Source of the DNA: an uncultured Acidobacteriota bacterium
Lineage (GTDB): Bacteria; Acidobacteriota; Terriglobia; UBA7540
DNA length: 64,000 bases
Assembly: GCA_963804995.1 (NCBI GenBank)
Contig: CAWDSK010000006.1
Location: 1-64,000, forward strand
Direction of reading: 5' to 3'
Of this stretch, positions 1 through 9,963 are shown one piece after another. Position numbers and translations under genes: made by a program. Positions within the stretch are counted from its first letter, which is position 1. The number at the start of each line of letters is the position of its first letter. The notes below the pieces were generated by a model that was given only the letters and a program-made list of their open reading frames with translations, had not been told where the DNA came from and made no database searches.

Positions 1-142
1 GCAGCCCCGCGCTCGTAAGTCCTTTCTCCACAGCGGGCGTGGCTCCGGCTGCCTCACATGGCTTGAGCCATAAAACGGCATGTTACTGCGAACTTATACT
101 TCAAGTCTCATCGTCCAAGTTCTTCGAGAAAGGAGGTTCCCA

Positions 143-1169
143 TTGCGCTTTGTCGGCAAGAATAAGATGGGCTTCTACCCGCTGCCATTGTCCGAAGCCC
201 ACCGGATTCGCAAATTCATCCAGTTCCCTGGCACGTCGTCATCCGCACTCGACCCGTGTGTCGGCGATGGCGCGGCGTTCGAGGTTATCACCAACGGTGC
301 TGAGGTATTTCGCTACGGTATCGAGTTGGACGCCTACCGTGCCGACCAAGCCAGGCAGCGGATTTCCAACATCGTCCAGGGAAATACGCTGGAAGTGCAG
401 TGCCCGGTCGAGTGCTTTGGCCTCCTGTATTTGAATCCTCCATACGATTGGACTTTGGGGCCCGCTGACAGTCGCCGCACGGAGCAGATCGTTTCTGAGC
501 CACACCTATCGCTGGCTGAAACCCGGTGGCGTGCTGATATTCGTTATCCCTGGCGACCGGCTGGCCGAATGTAGCCAGATTCTCTCCACGCATTTCCGTG
601 ACGTACGGGTTTACCGGCTGGAATCACCCGAGTGTGTGCGTTATAAGCAGGTGGTAGTCATCGGAGCACGACGAAGCCGGCGGGAGAAAGAGCGTCTTAC
701 GGACAGCGACATCGCCCGAGCACGACTTTACTATGCCGGCCTCGCCAGGAATCCTTCCCAAATCCCGGTTCTGTCACATGAGCCCGAAGCGCGATACGAC
801 GTGCCGACGAGCGGACCAGCCCAACTAGTCTACCGGGGCCTGCCCTTGGATGAGATCGAGGATCTTCTGCCGCAGTCAACGGCCTATCGACAGGCAGGAC
901 GCATTCTCTTTGCTGGCCCCGCGTCTGCCATAGGGCGACCCCTCACACCCTTGCACGGTGGTCACGTTAGCCTACTGGCTTGCTCAGGCCTTTTGAATGG
1001 CATCTTTGGATCTGGAAATTTGCGCCATATATCCTTCTGGCAGGCTGTTAAGGTTCTGGACAAAACAGAGGAAGAAGAGGATGGCGTGATTACAGTCAGA
1101 GAAAAGGAACGATTCTCGAATGAGCTCACGCTGGTTTACTCCACGGGCGAAGTAGCGATACTGAAATAA
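143..1169 (+). CDS. Class I SAM-dependent (DUF6094-like) DNA methyltransferase of mobile elements, split by a +1 frameshift near 487-491
   Basis: AAGGAGG RBS at ~130 then TTG at 143. Motifs GFYP, LDPCVGDG (SAM binding), YGIELD and LYLNPPY lie in ORF 80..574. The reading continues as (F)LSHTYRWLKPGGVLIFVIP in the frame of ORF 531..1169. Confidence 0.75.
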
Positions 1170-1234
1170 TCCCGGCACTCCCACTGCAAATTCCCTCTCT
1201 GCCGATTCCCACGAATCCCTATAGGAAAATCATC

Positions 1235-2464
1235 ATGAAGAATGCCCACGAGCGCTTCGGCGTTTTGGAATACACGAAGCGCATGAAGGACACGACCACG
1301 CGAATCCAGCTTCGGCTGGATCGATTTATCGGAGAGGTCGAAGACGGACGGAACGGTAAGGCCCATCTCATTTCTGTTCTGGGCGGCGACTCCGACGTTG
1401 GCGCCATCTGGGCAGCGGTCATCGAGCAGAACCTCTTTAGCGTGGAAGCTCCGGGGATCGAGCCTGTAACAGCTAGCCTGGGTGAAGACGCCCAATGCTT
1501 CCGCGGGACCATCACTATCGCGGGCCGCAAACCAATCCGTCACCTGGTGGCAATCTCAGCCGAGCTGGCCAAGACACGTCCAGGAGCCGATCCGGGAGGC
1601 AGGCGAACCATCCTGTGTGATAACGACCCGACGTTCGTGCTGTACCGCATCGCCCAGCGGTTCGGATTACCGGTCGTGCCGGAGTGGGCCGGTTGGCTCA
1701 ACGAGGAGATCAACCGCCGTGGAGCGATCAAACCGCTTATCGGCGTGGGATGCTCTCCGGTGATGGTCAGCGGCACCAAGAAGCTGTTCCTGAAATGGAT
1801 TCGAAGCGCCCTGCGGCAGAAGCGGATTGAGGTTCCTGACCGCAATGGGCCGGTCCGCTGGAGCCTGGCCCACAGTTTCTTCCGAATCGACCAGAATGAC
1901 CTGGAGGAGGTGAGCCGTCCAGGAGCCAGGCGAAGAAAGTCACGGCTTTCAAGCGGAGGGGGAGGAGGCACCGTCATGCGAATCATCTTGAAGGTTTCAA
2001 GCAGCAACGAGCATTGCAATGGGGGATGTGAATTCGCCCTCTTGGATTTGACTCCGGAACTCGCCAGGTTGGCCGTGGGACGAATCGCTACACTCAGGGA
2101 ACAGAAAAGCCTCGACCCGGATATCGATGAAACCTATTACTGGGCATATTTCGCGGAGTATTTCTCTCCCTGGAAAGATCCTGCCAGCCCTGGAGAGGAA
2201 GTTGAAGGCACGGGGATGACGTTGGAGGAAATGCTGGATGAACTTGCAATTGAAGAGAAGGAAATAGCCTGCGTTCCTGAGACCTTCCAGGTGCCACCTC
2301 ACCAGATTGCCGCCGTGGAGTGCGAGCAAATAATCGTTCGACTAGACTCCATAGTGTTCATGGCCATCCCAAAACATGCCAGCTTTTATGTGCAGACTGT
2401 AGAATTGCCACTCGCCATGCTCGAAGCCGCGGCAGCTACCAGCACTTCACCCGCCCACGTCTGA
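1235..2464 (+). CDS. Hypothetical protein(s); probably two genes read in one frame, with the second start at ATG 1976
   Basis: 409-aa ORF with a low-complexity linker (SSGGGGG) and an internal GGAGGAGG RBS directly before the in-frame ATG at 1976. Confidence 0.55.
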   Translation: MKNAHERFGVLEYTKRMKDTTTRIQLRLDRFIGEVEDGRNGKAHLISVLGGDSDVGAIWAAVIEQNLFSVEAPGIEPVTASLGEDAQCFRGTITIAGRKPIRHLVAISAELAKTRPGADPGGRRTILCDNDPTFVLYRIAQRFGLPVVPEWAGWLNEEINRRGAIKPLIGVGCSPVMVSGTKKLFLKWIRSALRQKRIEVPDRNGPVRWSLAHSFFRIDQNDLEEVSRPGARRRKSRLSSGGGGGTVMRIILKVSSSNEHCNGGCEFALLDLTPELARLAVGRIATLREQKSLDPDIDETYYWAYFAEYFSPWKDPASPGEEVEGTGMTLEEMLDELAIEEKEIACVPETFQVPPHQIAAVECEQIIVRLDSIVFMAIPKHASFYVQTVELPLAMLEAAAATSTSPAHV

Positions 2465-2527
2465 CCCACCAATAATCACGCACATTTCGTATCGCACCCA
2501 AACCGCACAGGAGGGACCTTCAGAGCC

Positions 2528-4888
2528 ATGGAGCCCATAACCGATATCGCCACATATTTACGTGCCCACGCCCAAGAGTTAGGGGACCGAATCCTTGAAT
2601 CCTACCCACCGTTGCATTCCATCGACGACCCACCGTCACCCATGATCGGCAAGCTCCTTCGGAAACCTTATTCTTCTCAGATTCTCGCCATCATGGGTCT
2701 GGTCCGACGTTGGCAGCAGGCCCGAGCTGGTGCCGTGATTGCGGAGTGCGGCACGGGCAAGACGCTGATATCGCTCGGTGCGATTCAAACCCACGCTGAG
2801 AACCGACCCTTTGCGGCGCTCGCAATGGTCCCACCTCAATTGGTCGAGAAGTGGTGCCGGGAAGCAATGCTCACGCTGCCCCGCCTCCGCGTGTTCATCA
2901 TCGACGGGCTACGGACGCCCACCAGCTCCAACAGTCATCACGGCGTGAATGAAGTCAAGCTGCGAAACAAACGCATCGTGCGCGAGGGATTGCGGACCAG
3001 CTTGAGCGAGTTGCGCCTGCGCAGGACCTCCCCCTCGGCCCGCAAGCGTTGGGATTCAATTTGCTCTTCTCCGGCACTGTTTGTTATCGGCCGGGATCGC
3101 GCCAAGCTTGGGTACTTCTGGCGGCACGCCTACCAAGTTGCCCGGTGCGGGCGTTATCAGGGCAGCGTCGTCAATCCTGACAGCGGGTCTCCGGTCTATC
3201 TCGGAAGTGAAGGCGAGCGACTGCTGGCGATGGACTTCAAAAAGGTGAAGCTTAGCGAAATGCTGGGCCAAGGTGAAGGAACAAATCACGCCCGGCGGCT
3301 GCTTTACAGCGCGCTTTGGCAGGCAGATGGGAAGAAGATTCGCCGCTTTGCACCGATCGACTTCATCGGCCGGTATATGGACGGGTTTTTTGATTACGCC
3401 ATAGCCGACGAAGTTCACGAGCTGAAGGGAGGAGACACGGCCCAGGGGAACGCTCTGGGCACGCTGGCCGCGTCCGCCCGTCACATTGCGGTACTCACGG
3501 GGACACTTTTGGGCGGCTACGCGGACGAACTTTTTAATATCCTATTTCGCCTCGGGGCATCGCGAATGCTCGAAGAGGGCTTTGAATACGGCGAAGCGGG
3601 AGTTCGAGCCTTCACCGAAATCTACGGCCTGCTGGAAAAGATTACCGTGATTGAGCCGGCTGATAACGCCTGTTCCGAGGCACGGGTTACAACGCGGGTC
3701 CGCCACCGGCCGGGAGCCTCACCCCTGCTGTTTGGCCGCTTCCTGATGAGCCTTGGGGCGTTCGTGTCGCTGGAAGATATCTCCGATGCTCTCCCGCCAT
3801 ACCGGGAGGAAATCGTCAGCGTGGAGATGGACCAACCCCTACAGAAGGCGTATGAGGACATGGAGCAGGACATCAAGAAGGCCCTCCGCGAGCATCGAGG
3901 CAACCAGTCGATCGCAAGCGTCGCCTTGAATGCGCTCCTTGCCTTTCCAGATCGACCCTACGGCTTCGGAGACTTGATCGGACGTGAATTCAATCCTGAA
4001 ACCCAACGCCGTGAGCCATTCCTGATCGCGGCCACGCCTGACCTGGATGAGAACTTTGTCTATGCCAAGGAGCGACGGCTGGTGGAGGAAATCAAAGCCT
4101 CGCTTGAGCTTGGCAGGAAGGTGCAGGTCTACGCGGTATATACCCAGAAGCGCGACGTGACGCGGCGGCTGGAGAGCATCCTGGCGAAAGAAGGGATCCG
4201 GGTAGCCGTGCTCACGACCCAGGTGGCGCCGGAAGAACGCGAAGCCTGGTACGAACGTCAGTTACGCTCCGGCGTTCAGGTCGTAATCTGCCACCCGCGT
4301 TTGGTTCAGACTGGACTAGACCTATGGGCCTTTCCTGACATTTTCTTCTACGAAACGGGCTATTCCATTTACACCCTGCGGCAAGCCAGCCGGCGCTCGT
4401 GGAGAATCGGGCAGCGGAATAACGTCAACGTGAAATTCTTCTACTACGCGGGCACCATGCAGGAAACGTGTGTGCGGCTGATGGGGAAGAAGCTCCTGGT
4501 TTCGCTTGCCATGGAAGGAAAGTTCGCAAACGACGGCCTGCAAGCGATCGACGAAGGTGATGACATCCTGATGGCGATGGCGCGGGAGTTGGTGACGGAA
4601 AAAGGAATCGGCGAGAGTGCCGACCTCGTCTGGAAACAACTTCAAAAGCAGCAAGCTGAGGTATTTGGAGCCCGTGCTACGGAAACCTTACCATCAGTGG
4701 TCGAGGCTCGATCCTCCAGATGGAATTTGCCGAGAGTCATCATTCCACCGCCAACGTCGATCCCGGAAGTTGTGACGCAGCTTCTGATGTTTGGTATGTC
4801 GCCCGACGCAGTGCAGCATCGCAAGGCTTCACGCAGGTCAGCGATCGCCGCCACTTCTGCGGATCAGCTCGGGCTGTTCCCGAATTGA
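2528..4888 (+). CDS. SF2 (SNF2-like) helicase of mobile elements
   Basis: Motifs AECGTGKT (Walker A), IADEVHE (DExH), LTGT, TGLDL and QASRRSWRIGQ (motif VI). GGAGGG RBS. Ends in QLGLF. Confidence 0.85.
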   Translation: MEPITDIATYLRAHAQELGDRILESYPPLHSIDDPPSPMIGKLLRKPYSSQILAIMGLVRRWQQARAGAVIAECGTGKTLISLGAIQTHAENRPFAALAMVPPQLVEKWCREAMLTLPRLRVFIIDGLRTPTSSNSHHGVNEVKLRNKRIVREGLRTSLSELRLRRTSPSARKRWDSICSSPALFVIGRDRAKLGYFWRHAYQVARCGRYQGSVVNPDSGSPVYLGSEGERLLAMDFKKVKLSEMLGQGEGTNHARRLLYSALWQADGKKIRRFAPIDFIGRYMDGFFDYAIADEVHELKGGDTAQGNALGTLAASARHIAVLTGTLLGGYADELFNILFRLGASRMLEEGFEYGEAGVRAFTEIYGLLEKITVIEPADNACSEARVTTRVRHRPGASPLLFGRFLMSLGAFVSLEDISDALPPYREEIVSVEMDQPLQKAYEDMEQDIKKALREHRGNQSIASVALNALLAFPDRPYGFGDLIGREFNPETQRREPFLIAATPDLDENFVYAKERRLVEEIKASLELGRKVQVYAVYTQKRDVTRRLESILAKEGIRVAVLTTQVAPEEREAWYERQLRSGVQVVICHPRLVQTGLDLWAFPDIFFYETGYSIYTLRQASRRSWRIGQRNNVNVKFFYYAGTMQETCVRLMGKKLLVSLAMEGKFANDGLQAIDEGDDILMAMARELVTEKGIGESADLVWKQLQKQQAEVFGARATETLPSVVEARSSRWNLPRVIIPPPTSIPEVVTQLLMFGMSPDAVQHRKASRRSAIAATSADQLGLFPN

Positions 4889-5203
4889 GGGTGAGCAGGG
4901 CTTTGCCCGGCATGATGGGGCCCTAATAATCGCCAGGTGCTCACTATTAATCTTATGTGCTAGAAGCGCCGACAATCGTCTTACGCGCCATGCTATTACC
5001 GTCATTCACCCCAGCCAACTGACCACCTAAACACGTCCAGTTTGTCGCCACAGTGACACCCCCTGGGTTTGTGGTCCCCCAATAAACAAATTGAAAAGCG
5101 AAGTTTTGGCTTCACCCACAAAAAGCAGCCCCCGGGCCTGACGCGCATGTCGCACTCGGCTGGCGTGCCCCGAGAAAAAAGCGGCAGAAAGGGAGAACAA
5201 ACC

Positions 5204-6106
5204 GTGACTGAAGAAATCAAACGCAGGCAGAGAGCTACGGAGAAGGCGGGCGGTATCGATTCCTGGCACCGCGTCGTCACAGGGAAAGCGTCCGTCAGGC
5301 GACGGGCTGGGAGTTGGAAAAGGGAATTCAATCGCGACGTCAATCGGCAAAAGATGCTGATTGAAATGCTTCCGCTGGTAAGGCGTGTGGCTCTTAAAAT
5401 TCGCGAACATCTCCCTGCCCATGTGGAAGTGGATGAGCTGAGCGCCAACGGCGTGTTGGGATTGGTGGATGCCGTCGCCAGATTTGACGCGAGCAAGCGC
5501 GTGAAGCTGGAGAGTTACGCGCGGCATCGGATTCGCGGCGCGATTTTGGATGGCCTCCGCGCCGCCGATCCCGTCACGCGCGACACACGCCAAAAGAACA
5601 AGCGAATTCAAAAGCTGTATCGGGAACTGGAAGTCAATCTCGGACGGTCCGTCCAGGACGAGGAGATGGCTGCGGCATCGCGAATGAACCTCGCGCAGTG
5701 GCATCGGGCTCTGACCGACCTACAGAGCGTGGGGATTGACTGCGGTCCGCGTGTCCTTTCGGCAGCCGCGACCACGACGCTGCAATCCACTGACCCAGAG
5801 CTTCTGATTGACGGCAGGGACAACGCTTTTGACCTGTGTTATCGCCGCGAGCAACGTGAAATTCTGAGCCGGGCGCTTTCAAGCTTGCCGGAGCGCGAAC
5901 GACGGGTCCTCTGCCTTTACTCCGAGGCGGAATTGACGATGAAACAGATTGCCCTTTTGATGCATGTTGACGAATCACGAGTCTCGCAGCTCCATTCCGC
6001 GGCGTTGATCCGATTAAAGGCGAGAGTGGACTCCTTGCTACACCCAACAAACCCTGGAATCTCAGAATCCGGCATTCGCTCCATGGCGGCCGGGGCGGCG
6101 GCCTAA
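5204..6106 (+). CDS. FliA/WhiG (sigma-28-like) RNA polymerase sigma factor
   Basis: Region 2 sequence GVLGLVDAVARFD...YARHRIRGAILDGLR and region 4 HTH LTMKQIALLMHVDESRVSQLHS. GTG at 5204 follows GGGAG. Confidence 0.85.
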   Translation: MTEEIKRRQRATEKAGGIDSWHRVVTGKASVRRRAGSWKREFNRDVNRQKMLIEMLPLVRRVALKIREHLPAHVEVDELSANGVLGLVDAVARFDASKRVKLESYARHRIRGAILDGLRAADPVTRDTRQKNKRIQKLYRELEVNLGRSVQDEEMAAASRMNLAQWHRALTDLQSVGIDCGPRVLSAAATTTLQSTDPELLIDGRDNAFDLCYRREQREILSRALSSLPERERRVLCLYSEAELTMKQIALLMHVDESRVSQLHSAALIRLKARVDSLLHPTNPGISESGIRSMAAGAAA

Positions 6107-6199
6107 CCGCTCTAATCCCCAGGTTCGGGAATCTTTCGCTTCGACAATCCCCATTAACAGAAAATTGGATCGACGCCCAGATGTGAAAGGAGTTCTCGT

Positions 6200-7342
6200 A
6201 TGCCCTTGCGAATCGCGCAAACAGGCGATATTCACCTGGAACAAGACCGCTACTTCACCGACACGGCTCAGTGTCTTGAATGGTTCGTCGAGGACGCAAT
6301 CAGAGCCAACACAAACCTATTCGTGGTCAACGGTGACCTGACGACCTACAAGCAGACCATCCAAGAGCGGAATCTCTGGGTTGACACGCTCATTCAGATG
6401 GGCAACCACGCCCCGGTTGTCCTGGTCGCGGGTAACCACGGCAAGGAACTCGATGGAGACTTACACGTTCTGGCACGAGCCAAGGCCGCCCACCCCATCT
6501 ATCTTTGCACCGAGCCGGACATGATTGAGATTGGCGAGGCTGCTGTCGCGGTCTTCCCGTATCCCCGGAAAGCTGAGATGGCTGGTAACGAGCACAGTCT
6601 AGGTGAGAACTTCGCCAGGCAACTCGGTGAGTTCAACCGGCGCTTTGAGCAGCGGCCTGGAAGCTATAAGCTCTTCTTCGGGCATTTTGGGGTGGCCGGC
6701 GCCAGGGTGAGCAGTGGTCAGCCGTTGGTCGGGCGATGCGCGGAGTATCCCCTTGATCCGCTACGTAGCCTGAAGGCCCAGTATATCGGGCTCAGCCACG
6801 TTCACCTGCGGCAGCAACTCGCCCCGCGCGTGTGGTACTCCGGGTCACTCTCCCGCTGCGATTACAGCGAGGTTGAAGACAAAGGCTACCACTTGGTAAC
6901 ACTGAATGCTCCGGAGCTTTGCCCGGACCTGTCGGACCTGACCGTTGAGTTCAGGCTGTCGCCTACCCGGCGAATGGTCGAGCTTCACGCCGTTTACGAA
7001 GATGGCGAACTGCGGCTACCCGACAACTTGGATGTGGTCACTTTGAAAGATTCTCGGGTGAAAGTCGTGGTGACGGTCCCCAATGGCCCTGATCACCAGC
7101 TCAGCCGCGAACAGCAGGAGAATCTCCGGGAGAAGTTATTGGCCGCCAATCCCGCAGAACTGAAGGTGAAGATCGAGCACGATGCAGACCTTGCGGCGGA
7201 GCCTGCCCCCATCGCCGCTGCCCATTCGGCCGAAGAAAAGCTCCGCGCCTACTGGACGATGAAAGGGGCCCCACCGGCCGACCGCCAGGAACGGTTGCTT
7301 ACCAAGCTGGCGGAAGTCGAAAAGGCAGTTCTCTCAAGTTAA
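6200..7342 (+). CDS. SbcD/Mre11-like metallophosphoesterase nuclease
   Basis: Calcineurin-like motifs GDIH, NGDL, AGNH, FGHF, LSHVH and YSGSL. AAGGAG RBS. Confidence 0.85.
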   Translation: MPLRIAQTGDIHLEQDRYFTDTAQCLEWFVEDAIRANTNLFVVNGDLTTYKQTIQERNLWVDTLIQMGNHAPVVLVAGNHGKELDGDLHVLARAKAAHPIYLCTEPDMIEIGEAAVAVFPYPRKAEMAGNEHSLGENFARQLGEFNRRFEQRPGSYKLFFGHFGVAGARVSSGQPLVGRCAEYPLDPLRSLKAQYIGLSHVHLRQQLAPRVWYSGSLSRCDYSEVEDKGYHLVTLNAPELCPDLSDLTVEFRLSPTRRMVELHAVYEDGELRLPDNLDVVTLKDSRVKVVVTVPNGPDHQLSREQQENLREKLLAANPAELKVKIEHDADLAAEPAPIAAAHSAEEKLRAYWTMKGAPPADRQERLLTKLAEVEKAVLSS

Positions 7343-7411
7343 GAAAGCTACAAATCCCATCCTTATATATATACCCACCGTAACGTTGACTACCCCCTAG
7401 GAGGACACCCC

Positions 7412-9556
7412 ATGCGCCTGCATAATCTTCGACTCCGGGGAATCACCGAGGCATTCCCCAATGAAGTCTGCGTCGACTTCGATACTCTGGGTGAGGGGCT
7501 AATCGCCATCGTGGGCGAGAACGGCGCCGGCAAGTCCACGCTGATCGGATCAGTATTCGCTGCTCTGTTCCGCCAACTGCCCGGCCAGAAGCGGTCGCTT
7601 TATGACTTCGCCACTCATCCCCGGCCCGAAATCGACCTGACGTTCAGTGTCAATAGCGCCCGCTACCGGTCGCTCCTCAAGATCGATCCCAAGTCCCGCC
7701 AGATGGAGAGCTATCTCTTCAACGGGGAGGGTAAACCGCTTACCAACGGCAAAAAGGAACCGTATGAGGAGCTCGTTCGCAAATGTGCCGGTACCCCCGA
7801 CTTTTTCCTCGCAAGCGTCTTTTCCAGCCAGAAGCGCACGGGAAACTTTCTCTCGCTGGATCGGAGCGAGCGGAAGGAGCTATTCATCCGAGAACTGCTC
7901 GGGCTGGACCGGCTGAGGCTGATTGCAGCCGCGGCCAAAGACAAGGGCGACGAAGTGGTCAGGACCACGCTTGGCCTGGATGGCCAGGCGAAAAGCCTGA
8001 AGGAGCTGGTGGATGCCGAGGTTGAAGAACCCACGGAAATTGAGGCCCGCCTTGCGGAGGTGTCATCCCGTCTTCAAACCCTGGAAGCCGAGAAGCGAGT
8101 GGCACAACAACGACTGCTGGAGCTTCAGGCAGCGGAGGCCAGTCGGAAGCCACTCCTGGGTGAGATTGAGACTCTGAACCAGCGGCTGCGCAAAACCGAT
8201 GCCGAGATCACTGAAACCAAACGCCAGATTGGGAGGGATGAAAGCCTTCTGACGGGAAAGAAGGACCTCGCCGATTTGACGGAACGAGGCGCGAAACTTG
8301 CGACTCGCATCGAAGACCTCCATCGGCAAATCCGGGAGATTCAGGGGCTCGAAACCTCCAACCATGAAGCCGAGCGCACTGTGCAAGCTCTCGATGGCGA
8401 GTTGAGGAACAACATGGCCGAGCTCGAGCGGCTGCGGGTGGAGCGTGAAGAGTTGGCGGTAGTGCCCTGCCGGGGCGAGGGATCCTACGCATCCTGCCCG
8501 AAGATTCGCCGCGCCGTCGAAGCCGGCCAGAAGATCCCAGGATTGGAAGGAGAGGCCGCAACACTCTCACTCGAAGTCGAGGTCCAACGCAGTTCGCTCC
8601 TTCAGATTGCCACCCCATCTTTTGAACTCACCCGGACACTCGAAGGCTGCGAGCGGGACCGCAGGAAAGTTGATCAGGAGCGGCAGGGTTACGAGGAATT
8701 GCGGGCCGTCGAGGCGCGGCGGGAGGAACGGCTCAAGGCTTTGGAGCGCCTGGCTCAGGGCCGAGCGGAAGTTACCGCGGAGTTGGCAAGGAAGGAATCT
8801 GAGCTCTCCGCATTCGCTGACATTGACGGCAAGATGCAGGCTTCACGACGAGAAGTTGAAAACACTGATCGGCTGATCATCTCCTGCCGCCGTGAGCGAG
8901 ATGGTCTCATTGCGCGCCAGGCCCAAATTAAGCAGCGTCAGGAGCAGTTGGATACGGCGCGGGCTCGCTTGGCCCAGGTCGAGGCCGAACTGGGCCCGGC
9001 AAGAACTGAACTCGAGGACTTCAACTACCTCGCAAAGGCCTTTGGCCCGGACGAAATCCAGCTTTGCGAAATCCAGGCCGCCGGGCCGGAGGTTTCCGGC
9101 TTGGTCAATTCTTTGCTTGAAGGGTGCTTCGACAACAAGTTCGAAGTCCGCTTCCGGACACAACGCCCCAAGGCCGACGGACGCGGTATGGTAGACGATT
9201 TCGACATTGAAGTCCGCAATAAGAATCTGGACCGTACTTACCTCGTGGATGAGCTTTCGGGCGGGCAGTTCGTCCTGGTCAACGAAGCCGTCAACTTGGG
9301 CATCGCCATCTACAACATGCGGCAGGGCGAAGGCATTCGCTACGAAACTCTATTCCGGGACGAAACCGTGGGTGCACTGGACGCCACCAACGCCAAAGAG
9401 TATGTGCGCATGCTGCGTCGAGCCATGGACCTGGGTGGCTTCCATCAAGTTGTCTTCATTTGCCATACGCCGCTTGTTTGGGAGCTGGCAGATCGGATCC
9501 TAAAGGTGCAGGGTGGGCAGGTGTCTCCAGACGGCGAAACGGCTCTCACAGGATGA
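7412..9556 (+). CDS. SbcC/Rad50-like ABC ATPase with coiled coil
   Basis: Walker A GENGAGKS, long coiled coil, LSGGQ signature, Walker B TLFRDE, D-loop GALD and H-loop ICH. AGGAGG RBS. Confidence 0.9.
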   Translation: MRLHNLRLRGITEAFPNEVCVDFDTLGEGLIAIVGENGAGKSTLIGSVFAALFRQLPGQKRSLYDFATHPRPEIDLTFSVNSARYRSLLKIDPKSRQMESYLFNGEGKPLTNGKKEPYEELVRKCAGTPDFFLASVFSSQKRTGNFLSLDRSERKELFIRELLGLDRLRLIAAAAKDKGDEVVRTTLGLDGQAKSLKELVDAEVEEPTEIEARLAEVSSRLQTLEAEKRVAQQRLLELQAAEASRKPLLGEIETLNQRLRKTDAEITETKRQIGRDESLLTGKKDLADLTERGAKLATRIEDLHRQIREIQGLETSNHEAERTVQALDGELRNNMAELERLRVEREELAVVPCRGEGSYASCPKIRRAVEAGQKIPGLEGEAATLSLEVEVQRSSLLQIATPSFELTRTLEGCERDRRKVDQERQGYEELRAVEARREERLKALERLAQGRAEVTAELARKESELSAFADIDGKMQASRREVENTDRLIISCRRERDGLIARQAQIKQRQEQLDTARARLAQVEAELGPARTELEDFNYLAKAFGPDEIQLCEIQAAGPEVSGLVNSLLEGCFDNKFEVRFRTQRPKADGRGMVDDFDIEVRNKNLDRTYLVDELSGGQFVLVNEAVNLGIAIYNMRQGEGIRYETLFRDETVGALDATNAKEYVRMLRRAMDLGGFHQVVFICHTPLVWELADRILKVQGGQVSPDGETALTG

Positions 9557-9769
9557 TGCCATCCGTCAGAGTGTTCGAAGAGCCGAAGAATCGCCCACTG
9601 GCACCAAAGCAGCGACCGCTCTCTAGATCCGGTGCCCCAGCGGTATACGGGACATATGGCTCATAACCCTGTTCGGCGACACTCCTTTCGACATGGTCCG
9701 ATATGATCGCTGCAGGCTTTCCGATCAACGGGATGCTGTCAAAGAATCTGTAGAGTTCGCTCCTCTGGT

Positions 9770-9926
9770 TAAAGGCATCGTCCTCCACCGACGAGAGCTT
9801 GATCAAATGCGATATGCCGATACCCTCAGGAGGTATGCCTGTGGCTGACGGAATAACTTCGGTGACCACGAACGGGCGCTTGCGCACGACAACCAATTGA
9901 CCAGTTTCCGGGCAAGATTTCATCAT
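9770..9926 (-). pseudogene. drmD: N-terminal stub of a DISARM DrmD-like SNF2 helicase, joined to unrelated sequence
   Basis: The first ~52 aa (PETGQLVVVRKRPFVVTEV...HLIKLSSVEDDA) resemble DrmD N-termini as I recall them. No helicase motifs follow. Confidence 0.55.
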
Positions 9927-9963
9927 TTTGCGAACCTATTATATTTCCTGCGCCGCATTTACC

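Noticed and set aside
1180..1210. Sigma-28 promoter (GCCGAT at ~1201) for the element sigma factor
   Set aside because: No TAAA -35 element at the canonical spacing.
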